A program made the translations under genes and the position numbers. Source: the human T2T-CHM13v2.0 reference genome, Homo sapiens. Taken from it: 64,000 nucleotides of DNA. Position 1 is the stretch's first letter; every line of letters begins with the position of its first letter. Of this stretch, positions 31,401 to 44,455 are shown in pieces. Location: assembly GCF_009914755.1 (NCBI RefSeq), contig NC_060929.1; one strand, written 5' to 3'. A model generated the notes under the pieces. That model saw only the letters and a list, made by a program, of their open reading frames with translations, was not told the DNA's origin and searched no databases.

Positions 31401-33130
31401 GGAGAACTTGGTCTCTCTTCCATGCTTCATAGAATGTGAAATCTCATGACAGCTCCTGTGAGTTGAGTCCTACAGTGAGGATCTGGGTTCCCAGGGGAGT
31501 TTCTAAGCCTTCTTTCTCAATTCTCAAGTGTAAATTCTACACAACTCATTAATCAAAACTAGGAGCACCCCACAACTTAATGACAGGTAAAGGCAAGGTT
31601 AATTTGTAAGGGGCTCAGAGAAGATAGCAATGTATAACAAAATGTTTAATCAAAGATTTCTATTTCAGATTATTGGTCCCTGGTAATAAAACAACAGTAA
31701 CAACAACAACAAAAAGTACTGGAACATCAGATTTCAGCTCAGCCTTTCCTCACAAATTTAATTTTTAATCTTCATTTTCCCATATCACTAAAAAAAGTCC
31801 GATTTTTCCCTTAAGTAAGCACTAGTTTTCCCAAAAAGTGCTACCGTCCTTGGCATTTTGCAAGCCTTAAAATGCAAGACAGAGTAAAGACTAGAACTCT
31901 TGTCTTCCTCCATCACATATATGTATGGTGCACAACCACAAAGACACTAACACATCACTATAAACACATACACAATTACACACACAAACACACCCAGATA
32001 CCTGCATTCATACACTGCAGCCACCTGTTAAGCTGTTCTTTATACCCTATTCTTTAAAAGCCTGCAGGGTGAAAGGAAGAGAATGTGTTTCCAGAGCTCT
32101 GCTTTCATTCCAGGATGTCTCCGGAATGTCTCAAGAAAGGGGCAGGCATATTGTGCTGGTTAAAGTCTGGTTGCTTGCCCTCTTTTGACAATAAACAGTC
32201 TGTGTGCTAATGAACCCCCAGCAATCAGAGACCCATCCCTGCCTAACCTCTGGGCATCGTCTTTCTTCCAAGGATGGTGTAATGTTAGTGTCTCCTACAT
32301 ATAGACATGTAGATTTAAGATTCATTAAGACTTACTAGGCAGTTAACATCAGCCACAAAATTAGAACAGATTTAGCATGGCCTCCAATTTTGCAAAGGTT
32401 ACTTTTAATCACTTCCTTGGAAGAAATGATACTTAATATGCAAAATCCAATAACTTCCTAATAATAATTCCCAGTAGCCACAACATTTGCATTTCAATAA
32501 ATTTGAGAAATAAAGTATGGCTAAATTTGTGGAAGCCAACAACAGCGTATGTTAAAGAGGATAATTACAATTTTAATAGTATGAACATTAAGACAGATGT
32601 CTTTCTACCAGCTCCTTTTCAGGGACAAGGAGACATTCTCTCTATAATCCTGGTGATGTTTTATGCCACAACTGGAAGAACAGTCCAAGTACTGACTATT
32701 ACCTGCTCTTCTCAATATAAATGTAAACAATACTTCCTTAAATTCTTCATAATTGTATCACTGTCTACAGAAGAACAGTGAAAACCTAAAGGTTAAACAT
32801 TAACATATCAATGAATACCTTCATGTAAATTCCAAGAATATCTATAATACAATGACACTTAAGTATTTTTATTCATGCAATGAGCAAATTTTCAACTAAA
32901 TAATATATAAAGATGAATGCACTGAACGTTTAATATTCATTACTCTTTTACTGATAATCTTTAATCTCAAATTCAAGACCCAAAAAGTGCATTATAAAAG
33001 AGAAGAATTAAAATCTAGCATAGAGGACTATTGTCCTGAAAATGCTTGCCTTGGCTTTTTTTGTACCTCTTAAGGAAGCATTTCATTCAGTGATGTCTCC
33101 AATGGAACTGACAAAAGTGTCCCATCTCTG

Positions 33131-33149
33131 TGACACTAGGTGGCATCTC
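33131..33149 (+). promoter_or_regulatory. Candidate CTCF site
   Basis: ACACTAGGTGGCA is one mismatch from the CCACYAGRKGGCR core. Confidence 0.35.
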
Positions 33150-33439
33150 CCCACCCTGCTTGGGTTTTACAAGGCCTGGGGACCTCCCTCACTGTTTGAA
33201 TAATACTATAGCTCTTTGAAGGCAGAAGTGGGTAGATCTGATTCTTTGTATCTCTAGGTACCTAATACTATGCCTTGCACATCACAGGCTCTCTCCATTG
33301 AACAGAATGAATTGAAACAAGACAAATTCTTTTTCAAAATATAGAACCCACTCTCATTTTTAATGCTGGTATCAGAAAAAGACATAAGCGCCTGCCTAGC
33401 TGCATGACAATCAGGCTTTTTCCACAACAGGCTAACAGT

Positions 33440-33680
33440 TTGCCTAATGGTTATAAACATGAGCTCTGCAGCTAGAGCGCCAGGGGATGGATCCCACTTC
33501 CCCGCTTCCTAGCTGGATTACCTGGAGAAGGGACTTGACCTCTTTGAGCCTTAGGGTCCTCATACATTAATGGGGCTAATATTACAGAAGATTGATAACT
33601 AAATGAAGCAATGAATGGAAAACATGTATCACAGTACACAGCACTTAGTAACTGCTCAATAAAGTTGAGATATAATTGCT
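33440..33680 (+). mobile_element. MIR, preceded by an L2 3' end (~33205-33320)
   Basis: taatggttataaacatgagctctgcagc...ctctttgagcctt...tgctcaataaa. Confidence 0.7.
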
Positions 33681-34124
33681 AGCATTACTACATGCAGGCT
33701 TCATGTTGCAGAAAAAACAAGGTTTGATGCACAATATAAAAAGTATAGATTGTATTAAAATAGGGGATCAACTGAATGTCTTAAAAACACAATTAGTTAC
33801 TATTCAGAATCTACATTGTTTCATAATCACAAAACACACATAATTAAAAATAAGTGATAACTGTGTCAAAATGAATTTCTGAAGATAATAAACTTTACTA
33901 TGATCTAAAAGCCCACAACATAGCTAATGCAGACACTAAATATAATTAAATCTGGAAAATCATGTTTGTTGAGAAAGTTTTAATAAACTGTTATGCTTAC
34001 AAAACACATTGGCAATGCAAGAAAAAAGAAAAAAATAAATAAATAACTTCACTGAGCATGTATGACAGCTGAATTAAGTATTTATTTACAAACACATCCC
34101 CCCAAGGAAAAAAATGTCATTTAC

Positions 34125-34202
34125 CTGTAGCGGTGCTTATAACGTATGGATCCAAACTTGCTGAGTTTTCTTGACAGTGAATTGGATTCATTTTCTGGCA
34201 TT
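34125..34202 (-). CDS. EPB41L4A: EPB41L4A coding exon (probably exon 11): (R)[25 protein letters not shown](S)
   Basis: 78 nt; acceptor attgattag, donor gtaaat; joins to the FERM-adjacent RYSGRT motif. Confidence 0.95.
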
Positions 34203-34479
34203 CTAATCAATTTTTAAAAGAAAATCAGACAAAGACTCAATGTTATAGGCATTCTGGGCCACCCCCTTCTCCTAACACAAACTTTATAAAGGACTCCAGC
34301 CACTTTATAAGAATACTTCTCCAACATCATGCAATTCATACTCCATGAGGATGAAACAGGGAAGAACTCAATTTTGTTTCCATTTAAAAAACAAAACCAA
34401 AAAATAAAGCTTAATGTATCACCAGCTAAATTTTTGTTTTATCTTTACAACATAAAGATGTGAAACAAAGAAAAAAGTA

Positions 34480-34870
34480 TCCCCACAATCCAAAGGTCAT
34501 TTCTCTAGTTTCATCTGACCGGACCTCCCAGGAGGACTGCATGCAGTTGCCAGCACCTTATTCATCAAGACATTCCCTTTCCTCGTTTCCCAGGATACAA
34601 CACACTCTTCTGACTGCTCCTTCTCATACTCTAGACTGGCTCATCCTGCCCTCTAATGTCGGGAGGGCCACCAAGCTCAGTCCTTGGAGTTCTGCTTCTC
34701 TCTCCACTGTTTCCACTGGTGACCTCATCCAGCCACTTCTGTAAATAACTACTTAAGTGACTTCATCAACTTTGGTCTTTCCAGTGAGCCTTGTACACCT
34801 AACTGACTTACCACATTTCTACCTAGATGGCTGATAGGCTTTTCAAATTAATTATGCACAGAACACTCCA
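34480..34870 (+). mobile_element. L2 fragment
   Basis: ctcagtccttgg...gtgacctcatccagcca...tctacctagatggct. Confidence 0.6.
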
Positions 34871-35183
34871 TTTCCACCAATACTACATAGGTGCTAGCAA
34901 TGGCTGCATGTTTTACATAAACCTAAAAAATATTACCTCGATCCTTTCTTGCAGTATCAAAGATATAACTGTATCTATGTGTATAAGTGCCTATGTGTAT
35001 ATATATCTACACATACATGAATGTGTGCATGTTTGTATTAATATAATCCAGAGAATTAGGAATTGAGAAAATTAATAAAAGGGAAACAATTCCAAATTTC
35101 TGTTTTAGACAGAATTCTTTTTATAAAAATAAATGCCATTTTCATTTATTAAGACAACAAACAAAATTTTTACATCAATTTAC

Positions 35184-35275
35184 CTAAAAAATGTATGATG
35201 TTCCACACTGCACTTCCAGAGGTGCTTGCAAGCAGTTTTACTCCGAGCTTCAAAAAAGAATGAGGTTTCGTTACA
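35184..35275 (-). CDS. EPB41L4A: EPB41L4A coding exon (probably exon 10): [30 protein letters not shown](R)
   Basis: 92 nt; acceptor ctctcttag, donor gtaaat; [15 protein letters not shown] marks the end of the FERM domain. Confidence 0.97.
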
Positions 35276-35948
35276 CTAAGAGAGAAAGAGAGACAGAATA
35301 TGAATAATGACCAGGGAAGGAAGATAGCATTCTTCAAATAACAGCCCCCTTTAAGTAACAAAAATTCAAGCAGAGAGATTATTGATAATATATAAATAAT
35401 AACTGTCTCTTGGTAACTATTTTTGGAGAGGTGCATTAAAATCACCTTCCATCGATTAAAATTTTATAAATTACACTTAAATCTTAAAGCACCTTTATTA
35501 CCTACTTTTACATTGCCCCATGACAATAGATAGTTTGGACGGTAGAAGTGAAATACTACAAAATCTCCCTCATAAATGGCCACTAATACAGGAAAAGCAC
35601 GGACCATGTGAAAATCAACTCCCAGTAAAAAAAAGATGCCCACAAATCCAGTCCTTAAGTGTATTACTTTCAGGGATGAACAAGTCACACATAAAGCAAT
35701 GAGTAAAGAATCTCAAGCCAAGAACCACCAGGAGTGACCACCCCAGCAGCATAATCTGGGAAAATTAAATAATGCCTCTGATGCCATGTCTCTCCATCCT
35801 GCATCAAGTCACTGAGTGGATCAAATTCAACAATATGCATACATAAAATATCATATAATAGGTGTATAATACATGCTAATTATTTTAATCCAGTAGTTAT
35901 TTGATTCTCTATATTTAATAAGTAAGAAATAAAACAACATTGAAGGTA

Positions 35949-36237
35949 CAAATCAGCCCTCTATATCCACAGGTTCCACATACACAAGTTAGCCAAACTT
36001 GAATCAAAAATATTCAGAAAAAATAATACAAATTTAAAAAGCAATAGAGCATAACAACTATTTACATAGCACTTAGATTAGGAATCATAAGTAATCTAGA
36101 AATGACTTAAAGTATATGGGAGAATGTGTGTAGGTTATATGCAAATACCATGCCATTTATATAAGGAATTTGAGCATTCTCGGATTTGGGAGGAAGGTTT
36201 CTGAAACCAATACCCTGTGGATGCTGAGGAACAACTG
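35949..36237 (+). mobile_element. MER2 (Tigger-family MITE)
   Basis: TA|CAAATCAGCCCTC...GAGGAACAACTG|TA termini; taggttatatgcaaatacc core. Confidence 0.85.
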
Positions 36238-37314
36238 TACAAGCATACCTTGGAGATACTATAGGTTCAGCTGCAGACTACTGCAATAAAGTGAATATTG
36301 CAATAAAGTGAGTTGCACATATTTTTTGGCTTCCTAGAGCAGGTAAAAGTTGCTTACATTACACTGTAGTCTATTAAGTATATAACAGCATTAGGTCTTA
36401 AAAAAACATATATACTATAATTTAAAAATACTTCATTGGTGAAAAATGGTAAAAGTCATCTGAGCCTTCAGGAAGTCATAATCTTTTGGTTGGTGGAAGG
36501 TACTGCCTCAATGTTGATGGCTACTGACTGACCAGGGTGGTAGTTGCTGAAGGTTAGAGTGGCTATATCAATTTCTTAAAATGAGACAACAATGAAGCTT
36601 TCTGTGTTAATGGACTCTTCCATTGAAGAAAGATTTCTCTGCAGCACGTGATATTGTTTGATAGCATTTGACCCACAGTAGAACTTCTTTCAAACTTGGA
36701 GTTAATCTTCTCAAACCCTACCACTACTTTATCAATTAAGTTTGTGTAATATTTTAAATCCTTTGTTGTCATTTTAAAAATGTTCACAGCATCTTCACCA
36801 GGAGTAGATTCCAACTCAAGAACCACTTTTGTTCATTCATAAGAAGCAACTCCTTATTCCTTCAAGTTTTATCATGGGATTGCAGCAATTAAGTTATACC
36901 ATCAGGCTTCACTTCTAATTCTAGTTTTCTTGCTATTTCTACCGCATCTGCAGTTACTTCCTTCACTGAAGTCTTGGACCCCTCAAAGTCATCGTGGGGG
37001 TAGAAATCATCTTCTTTCAAACTCCTGCTAATCAGAATAATTTGACCTCCTGCCATAAATCATAAATTATCTTAGGGGCATCCAGAATGGTGAATATTTT
37101 CCAGAAGTTTTTCACTTTGTTTGTCCAGATCCATTAGAGAAATCATTATCTATCGCATCTATAGTTTGTAGAAAGTATTTCTTAATACTTGAAAGTTGAA
37201 GTTACCTCTTGATCCATGGGTTGCAGAACAGATACTGTGATAGCAGGCTTGAAAGCAACATTAATCTCCTTGTACATCTCCATGATAGCTCTAGAGTAAC
37301 TAGGTGCACTGTCA

Positions 37315-37779
<465 letters not shown>

Positions 37780-38822
37780 CTAAGCCATGCTGTAAATAGG
37801 TGTGCTGTCATCCAGGCTTTGTTTTTCCATTTATAGAGCACAGAGTACAGTTAGCATCATTTGTATAGAACCCAGAATTTTCTGAATGGTAAATGAATAT
37901 TGGCTTCAACTTAAAGTCACCAGCTGCAGTAGCACCTAAAGAGACAGTCACCCTGTCCTCGGAAGCTTTAATGCAGGCATTGACTTCTCGTTATAGCTAT
38001 GAAAGTCCTAGATGGCATCTTCTTCCAACAGAAGAAGGTTGTTTTGTCTCCACTGAAAATCTGTTGTTTAGTGTAGCCACTTTCATCAATAATCTTAGCT
38101 AGATCTTCTGGATTACTTGCTGCAGCTTCTAAATCAGTACTTGCTGCTTCACCTTGTACTTTTTATGTTATCGAGATGGCTACTGTCCTTCAACCTAATG
38201 AACCAACCTCTGCTAGCTTCCTACTTTTATTCTGCAGTTTCCTCACCTCTCTTAGACTTCACAGAATTGAAGAGAGTTAGAGCCTTTCTCTGGATTACAG
38301 ACTTTGGTTTAAGGAAATGCTGCAGCTTGTTGGATCTTCTATCCAGACCATTCGAACTTTCTCCAAATTAGCAATAAGACTGTTTTGTTTCTTATTATTT
38401 TTGTGTTCACTACAGTAGCTCTCCAAATTTCCTTCAAGAATTTTTTCTTTGCATTCACAACTTGGCTAACTGGCACAAGAGGCCTAGCTTTCAGCCTATC
38501 TCACCCTTTAAGATGACTTCCTCACTAAGCTTAATCATTTCTAGCATTTGATTTCAAATCACAGATGCACAACTATTCCTTTCAGTTGAACCCTTAGAGG
38601 TTATTGTAGGGTTATTAACTGACCTAGTTTCAATATTACTGTTTCTTGGAAACTAGGGAGGCCTAAGGACAGGGAGAGAGACAGGGAATGGCCAGTCTGT
38701 GGAGCAGTCAGAACACATGCATCATTTATCAATTAAGATCGCTATCTTACATAGATGCAGTTTGTGGCACCCCAAATCAATTGCAACAGTAACATCAAAG
38801 ATCACTGATCACAGATCACTAT

Positions 38823-39386
38823 TGAAGTGGCTACACTGTCTGGGGTATATACCTTGGGGTTCATTGTCACGCATTGAGAAAGAATTCAGGTGGGTTAAGG
38901 GGTGGAAAGTTTAATAGAGAGAAGAAAGGAGGGAGGAGGGCAGCTCCCTGAGAAAGAGAAAGAGACGTCTGAAAAAGGCTGGGAGGCCATGGACCACAGC
39001 AGATTTTATAGGCAGGCTGCAGAAGGCGGTGTCTGATTTATATAGGGCTCACAGATTGGTTTCATCAGATATGATGTCTACATAGTGTGCGGGGAAGGCT
39101 GGTCACCCTACCGTAATCTTCTTATGCAAATAGGCTTTCCAGTTGATCTGCGCCATCTTGTCTGCTCCTTTATAGTATGTGTGGCTGGCAGAGAAGGGAA
39201 GATGGACCCACCATTTTGAAAATGTCTAGTCCTTAGTTCCTGCTGGCACCCACCTGTGCAAGCTCCTAGCTTGCAGGGTGCTCTTTGTTAGAAAATGATT
39301 CAGGACTGCTTTTCATTAGAAAGTAGAGCCTTATCAAGCGCCCGTGCCCTTGTTATCTACCTAATTCCTTCTTAGCTCCTGTATCA
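38823..39386 (-). mobile_element. MER61-family ERV1 solo LTR, inserted in Tigger1
   Basis: Minus strand starts TGATACAGGAGCTAAGAAGG and ends CCCCAGACAGTGTAGCCACTTCA; 4-bp TSD (c/t)tat. Confidence 0.85.
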
Positions 39387-40019
39387 TTATAACGTATGTA
39401 ATAATAATGAAAAAGTTTGAAATACTATTGCAAGAATTACCAAAATGTGACACAGTGACACGAAGTGAGCATGTGCTTTTGGAAAAATGCTACCAACAGA
39501 TTGACAGGGTTGCCACAAATCTTCAATTTGTAAAAAAAACACAGTATCTGCAAAGCACAATAAAGTGAAGTGCAAAAAAAAAAAAAAGATATGCCTGTAA
39601 TTCTAATTTTGCAGAAAATACTATTTATATTTTAAGTAACTGAACAGAAAACTAAGCAAAACACAATATGAATGCTAACACAATAAACCACAAGCTCTGT
39701 GAAGTTATATACTTGCTAATTTAATTTCAAAGCTACAAACCAAACTCAAGTCTCAAATGCAGCAAATGCCTCTGAAATGAGGTTTCTACGGACTCATAAA
39801 CATAAAACAATCAATGCAAAAGAATAATTGAAATGATTTGTCTCCTACTTTTAATAAGGACAGAATATTTATATGTATAAAATTTCTCCCAAGTCCAACT
39901 TGAATGATGCTGCCCAACTTAGGAGTTTATTTGTAAGATGAAGAGATGTGATGGAAACAAAGCCAACATGCACACATTACAGCAAGGCTATCTGTAATTC
40001 CAAAACCTTGTCTGGTAAA

Positions 40020-40560
40020 AAAAGAAAGGAACATTTTCAGGTTTCTGGCTCGGGTGCTACTAAAATATAGCAAGTGGAAAAAATGGGCATTTGGATGACA
40101 AGGGAATAGACAATAAGTTCAGGTTGAAATATTCTGATTTTGAGGTCCCATGGGACACCTAGAGGGCCAAAGGATGCAGGTCAGAGAGCCAGAGAGAGGG
40201 CACATCTACTCACACAGGTGATCTCACCAAGTGAACAAGACTGCTCAGGGAGAGTGCGCAGAATGGATGAAGGTGGAATCACTGCAAAGACGCTCCTGAA
40301 GGTGGAGTGAGAGAGGTCCAAACATACCAGAAAAGAGTGTCAGAGAGGCTGGGAAGAGAGAGTGCAACTCTCAAGTGACCCAGAAAAGTCAAATCGAGTT
40401 TGAAAGGAGGTTACCACATTTCACGGTAAGAAATCTTCCGAGGCCTTTGTGAAAGGGATAGGGATTATACAATTAGAGGTGAGGAAGAAAAGTCAATGAA
40501 TTCAGAAAGTGTTTTCCTTAGCAGCAAAAGAAACTGGTGGCAGAGCTGGGAAAGGGGACA
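40020..40560 (-). mobile_element. L2 fragments
   Basis: caggtttctggct...aataagttcagg...tttgaggtcccatgggacacc. Confidence 0.5.
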
Positions 40561-40676
40561 CACAGAAAATCACAGAAGCTCCTCCGGGCAGGGAGGGAAA
40601 GCCCAGGCTTTTGTCAGAAGATAGGAGCCCTTAGGGAGAAATTTTTTTTTCTTTTAGTTTTCTTTTTTTAAATATC

Positions 40677-41606
40677 CAGTCATGCGTTGTATAAGGATGT
40701 CTTGGTCAATGATGGATCGCATATACAACAGCGGTTCCTTAAGATTATAAAACGTATTTTAACTGTGCCTTTTCTGTGTTTAGATGTGTTTGGATACATA
40801 AATACTTACCATAGTGTTCCAATTGCCTGCAGTATTCAGTACAGTAACATGCTGTACAGGTTGGCAGCCTGAGAGCAATAGGCTATACTGTATAGCCTAG
40901 GTATTGTGAAAGGAAATTAAATTTGGGGACCCCAAACTCATTTAGCTAAAGGGAAAATTCAAGCTGGGAACTGGGTCACGCAAACCTGCCTCTCCTTTTT
41001 GGTTCCTAAATAAGATTGCTACAAGATGAAAAGCTACATGCCTCCCCCATATTTTTCTCATAAGGAAATTCCTAGTGAGCTGTTAAAACTTTACCATGGC
41101 AATGCAAACTGATAGCTTTATCTTTACAGGTACAGTCACCCCAGACACAAACGCATATCTGACTCTTCCCTTACCCTATTTTGTCTGTGTTATCTGATGT
41201 AAAATACAGATTCTCCACATTTTTCCTCTGCCCCTTTGTGTCATCCTATGTAAAAAAAATGTAGATTCACTGAGGCAGACAAAGGCATGAATGACTATTT
41301 TTCCCTACCCCCCTCTTACATGAAAACAGTGTGCTTCTCAACTCCCATCTTTTGCCCTTTAGATGTAGAGCTCTCAAAATCATCTTTGGAGAAAGGCATA
41401 GACCTGTCTCCCTGGCATGTCCTTAACTTTAGCAAATAAATCTCCTAAAATGATTGAGACTTGTCTCGTTATTTTCCTCGACTGACAATGTGTAGTAGGC
41501 TAGACCAGCCAGGTTTGTGTAAAAATATTCTATGATGTATACACAATGACAAAATCGCCTAACGACTTGTTTCTCAGAACATATCCCTGTCATTGACACA
41601 TGATTG
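40677..41606 (+). mobile_element. Tigger3a/MER7A, interrupted by an LTR
   Basis: CAGTCATGCG...CACATGATTG|TA termini; gcagtattcagtacagtaacatgctgtacagg core. Confidence 0.85.
40905..41487 (+). mobile_element. MER4E-like ERV1 solo LTR
   Basis: Starts TGTGAAAGGAAATTAAA, has AATAAA, ends CTCGACTGACA; degenerate 4-bp TSD. Confidence 0.85.
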
Positions 41607-42105
41607 TATAACATGCACATGGTATAAATGCCCAAGTTTTCAAAGTGGGTATACAATGACAACTCAATCTCCCTCCCACCACTGTCCCCAATTACCTTCC
41701 CCAGAGGCAATCACTACTGTTAAGGGGTGGGTGTTTTTAAGGGCACTGAATTATTCCAAAATAGAATGTACAAGTTATTCATTTAAAATAAGTCTGCTTG
41801 TGACTGCATTCTATCAAGATAAATTGTTAAGGTAAAGATCAGACCAGGACAGGCTACCCCTGCCCCTCTACCACTATGTCCTTCCTCACTACGTGGACCC
41901 GCCATTTCCCTGTGCCTTTCAACAATGGAAGTACTGTGTGTGGCAGGACATACTGAGAATTACCACCTACTAGAAATGATGGCTGAGAATGACTTCTCTG
42001 TGACATAGACATTTTTACATTTTTAGCAAAATCATCCAAAATGAGGTATAATTTAAGTACTTAAATAAAAATATCAAAACTTATTTAATTACATGCTTCC
42101 AAAGA

Positions 42106-43120
42106 CTTCCAAGACTTTTGGAATTCGCTGATATAATACAGGTCCTGAATTCTTACAAATGATGGAATTGGGGGTTTGAGTCAGGTTTACCATGAGTCTT
42201 CCAAAAGTCTTGGAAGGAGAAACAAAGTATTCCGTCTTAAAATAAAACATAGTCTTCTCTAAATCTCAAACTTTTCTTAGTCTGGTTTTGAACTATTTCT
42301 TCAGGTATGTGACTGTATCCTTTTACTTTTCAAGTACAGACCTTATCACAGGATACCTAACTTTTAATACTTTTTTAAAAAAACTACCATCACTTAAGGA
42401 AAGGATAAAAGATATTTCAAATCCAACCAGAATTGAGTTTTTCTCAAGTTTCCTTGGGTACAAATATATTAAAGGATCAAAAGTGCCTCCCCACTGGCTT
42501 CCTAATTATTTCTGCCAAGTACAAATGACAAGTATGAACTCACTCTCCACTTATAGTGAGCTTTAGGACAAGCTGCCTATTTTTTATCCTGTTCCTGGCA
42601 GAGTGATCCAAATACTAAAAGGAGGCTTAACATAATTGAAACAGGAGCCAGGTATTCTGAATAAATTCTGTGTACTTTTGCCATGTAGAGTAACTGCTGG
42701 CATGAATTCCACTGCCATGGCATTTCAAATATCTCTTTCTACCACTCTCACTTACCAAACCTCTTCCAGATAAACATGGCCAATTAGCACATTTCTACTC
42801 ATTCACACAGATGAACAGCTGCTTAATTAAAGAAGTTCATTCCAATCTCCTACTAAAATACTTTATCCAAGAATCCAATGCTTGCTTTTTGTAAAATTAC
42901 TCAAACACCTTTACAGCTTTGGTCATTTCATACCAGAAGCAAAGCTATTCTCTGAATCTATTTCTTTTTACTTCATAAACGAATCAAGATTGAGTCACTT
43001 CTAAGTCCAATATCATGTGGATATTACTGCTCCATGGGTCTCTAGAGTAAACCTGACTCAAACCCCGAATTCCATCATTTGTAAGAATTCAGGACCTGTA
43101 TTATATCAGCAAATTTCCAA
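42106..43120. repeat. Inverted duplication of ~73 bp (42118-42190 vs 43047-43120); the left copy is bracketed by a perfect 18-bp inverted repeat (42106-42123 / 42199-42216)
   Basis: Direct comparison: 64-bp core with one mismatch. Confidence 0.95.
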
Positions 43121-44209
43121 CCTAACTCCCTCTGGTCTTCCCAGTTTCTTTTCCCATTTTGGCTGGCTATGTCTCTCTTGGCAAGCTTAAAGAAAGAAAT
43201 CTACTTTCGCCTAGCTTCTTCTAAGGGTACTGGGATTACTGACAGGATCAGTGAAGGGCTCACGTTGCCAGCAGCACACCCACTTTTTCTGCCTGGGCCT
43301 AGTCCCATTTCAGTGCCTCTCCCAAGCCTGTATTCTTGACACAAGAATGCAATCCTGTACTCTTGACAGGCTCCTCCCTGTTTTTGTTTTGGGAAACAGC
43401 CACAACTGGACAGTCTACCTTCCCCAGGCTCCCTAAAATTATGGGTATGAATACCTTTCTTAATCCCATTATATACCTGGCTCACATCCAAGGTCACATT
43501 AGAAGTAACCCAAGATACACAGTGTAGGTCATCACTGAAGAGCAAAAGAGATGAGTACTTCTAAGAAAAGTAAAATGCAATCATTATATAAGTACCTGAA
43601 AGTCTACAGCAGAGAGGTTTCCTACTGATGCTCCATAGAGGTGGGGAAGAGGCTAAAAAGAAGTGTGACAATTACAAGTCTAAAGTACTGTGAGATTTTT
43701 GCTTTTTTCTTTCTATCCAATCCACACAAGATTTACATTAACTCGCAATCATTAACTCAGTTTAGGTTCCAGGGAGAGAAACAAAAATAGTCAGACGGCT
43801 GGTAGCAAATGACTAAAATAACTTTCTTCTTAATTACTGATCATGCAAAGGAAGGCAAGTAGTCAAACTGAAATCTTTATTCTCCAACTGGAAATAGATA
43901 CCAAAGAAAGCTTACAAAATTGTAAGTCTTTTGAAAAATTTTATCTTTCTAAATGGTGAAACTGACTATAGTTTTAAAAATTAAACTATGTTAGTACACA
44001 TGATATCCTGGGCACAATATCTGTTTTAATGGCTTTCCTCATATTTTTTCATGCTCTCTTTTCTAGGCATCCTGAGTTTCCACCTGGCTAATGAATTTAG
44101 GGTGAGTCCTGCAACAAAATTCACCAATTTTGTCATTACTTGGAAAAGGAAGTCAGAAGGAAATGTTAAGACACTGAATAAAACATGATCTTATTCTTTC
44201 CAGTCTTTA

Positions 44210-44455
44210 CACAATGCTCCCCAAAGAGCATTTCTTACAACACTAAGGTCTTGCGATATTGGCATAGAAGGGTTCTTTGCTCAGATAAGTATGGGAAACA
44301 CTGGGCTAAACACTCAGACCTTTAATGCGCTAATATGTACTGTGAATCTCCAAGAGCTAGTAAGGTTGTGGGTTGTTCTAATTTATTTGATCAAAGAACT
44401 TTCTTTCAGGGAAGTGTATGGTAAGCACATACTCTAGTTTAAAAAATATTGCACT
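44210..44455. mobile_element. hAT-Charlie MITE (subfamily uncertain)
   Basis: ataagtatgggaaacactgggctaaac...gctaatatgtactgtgaatctccaagag motif. Confidence 0.55.

Noticed and set aside
36563-36826. 87-aa ORF in Tigger1
   Set aside because: Fragment of a decayed transposon reading frame; the main transposase has lost its start codon and is interrupted
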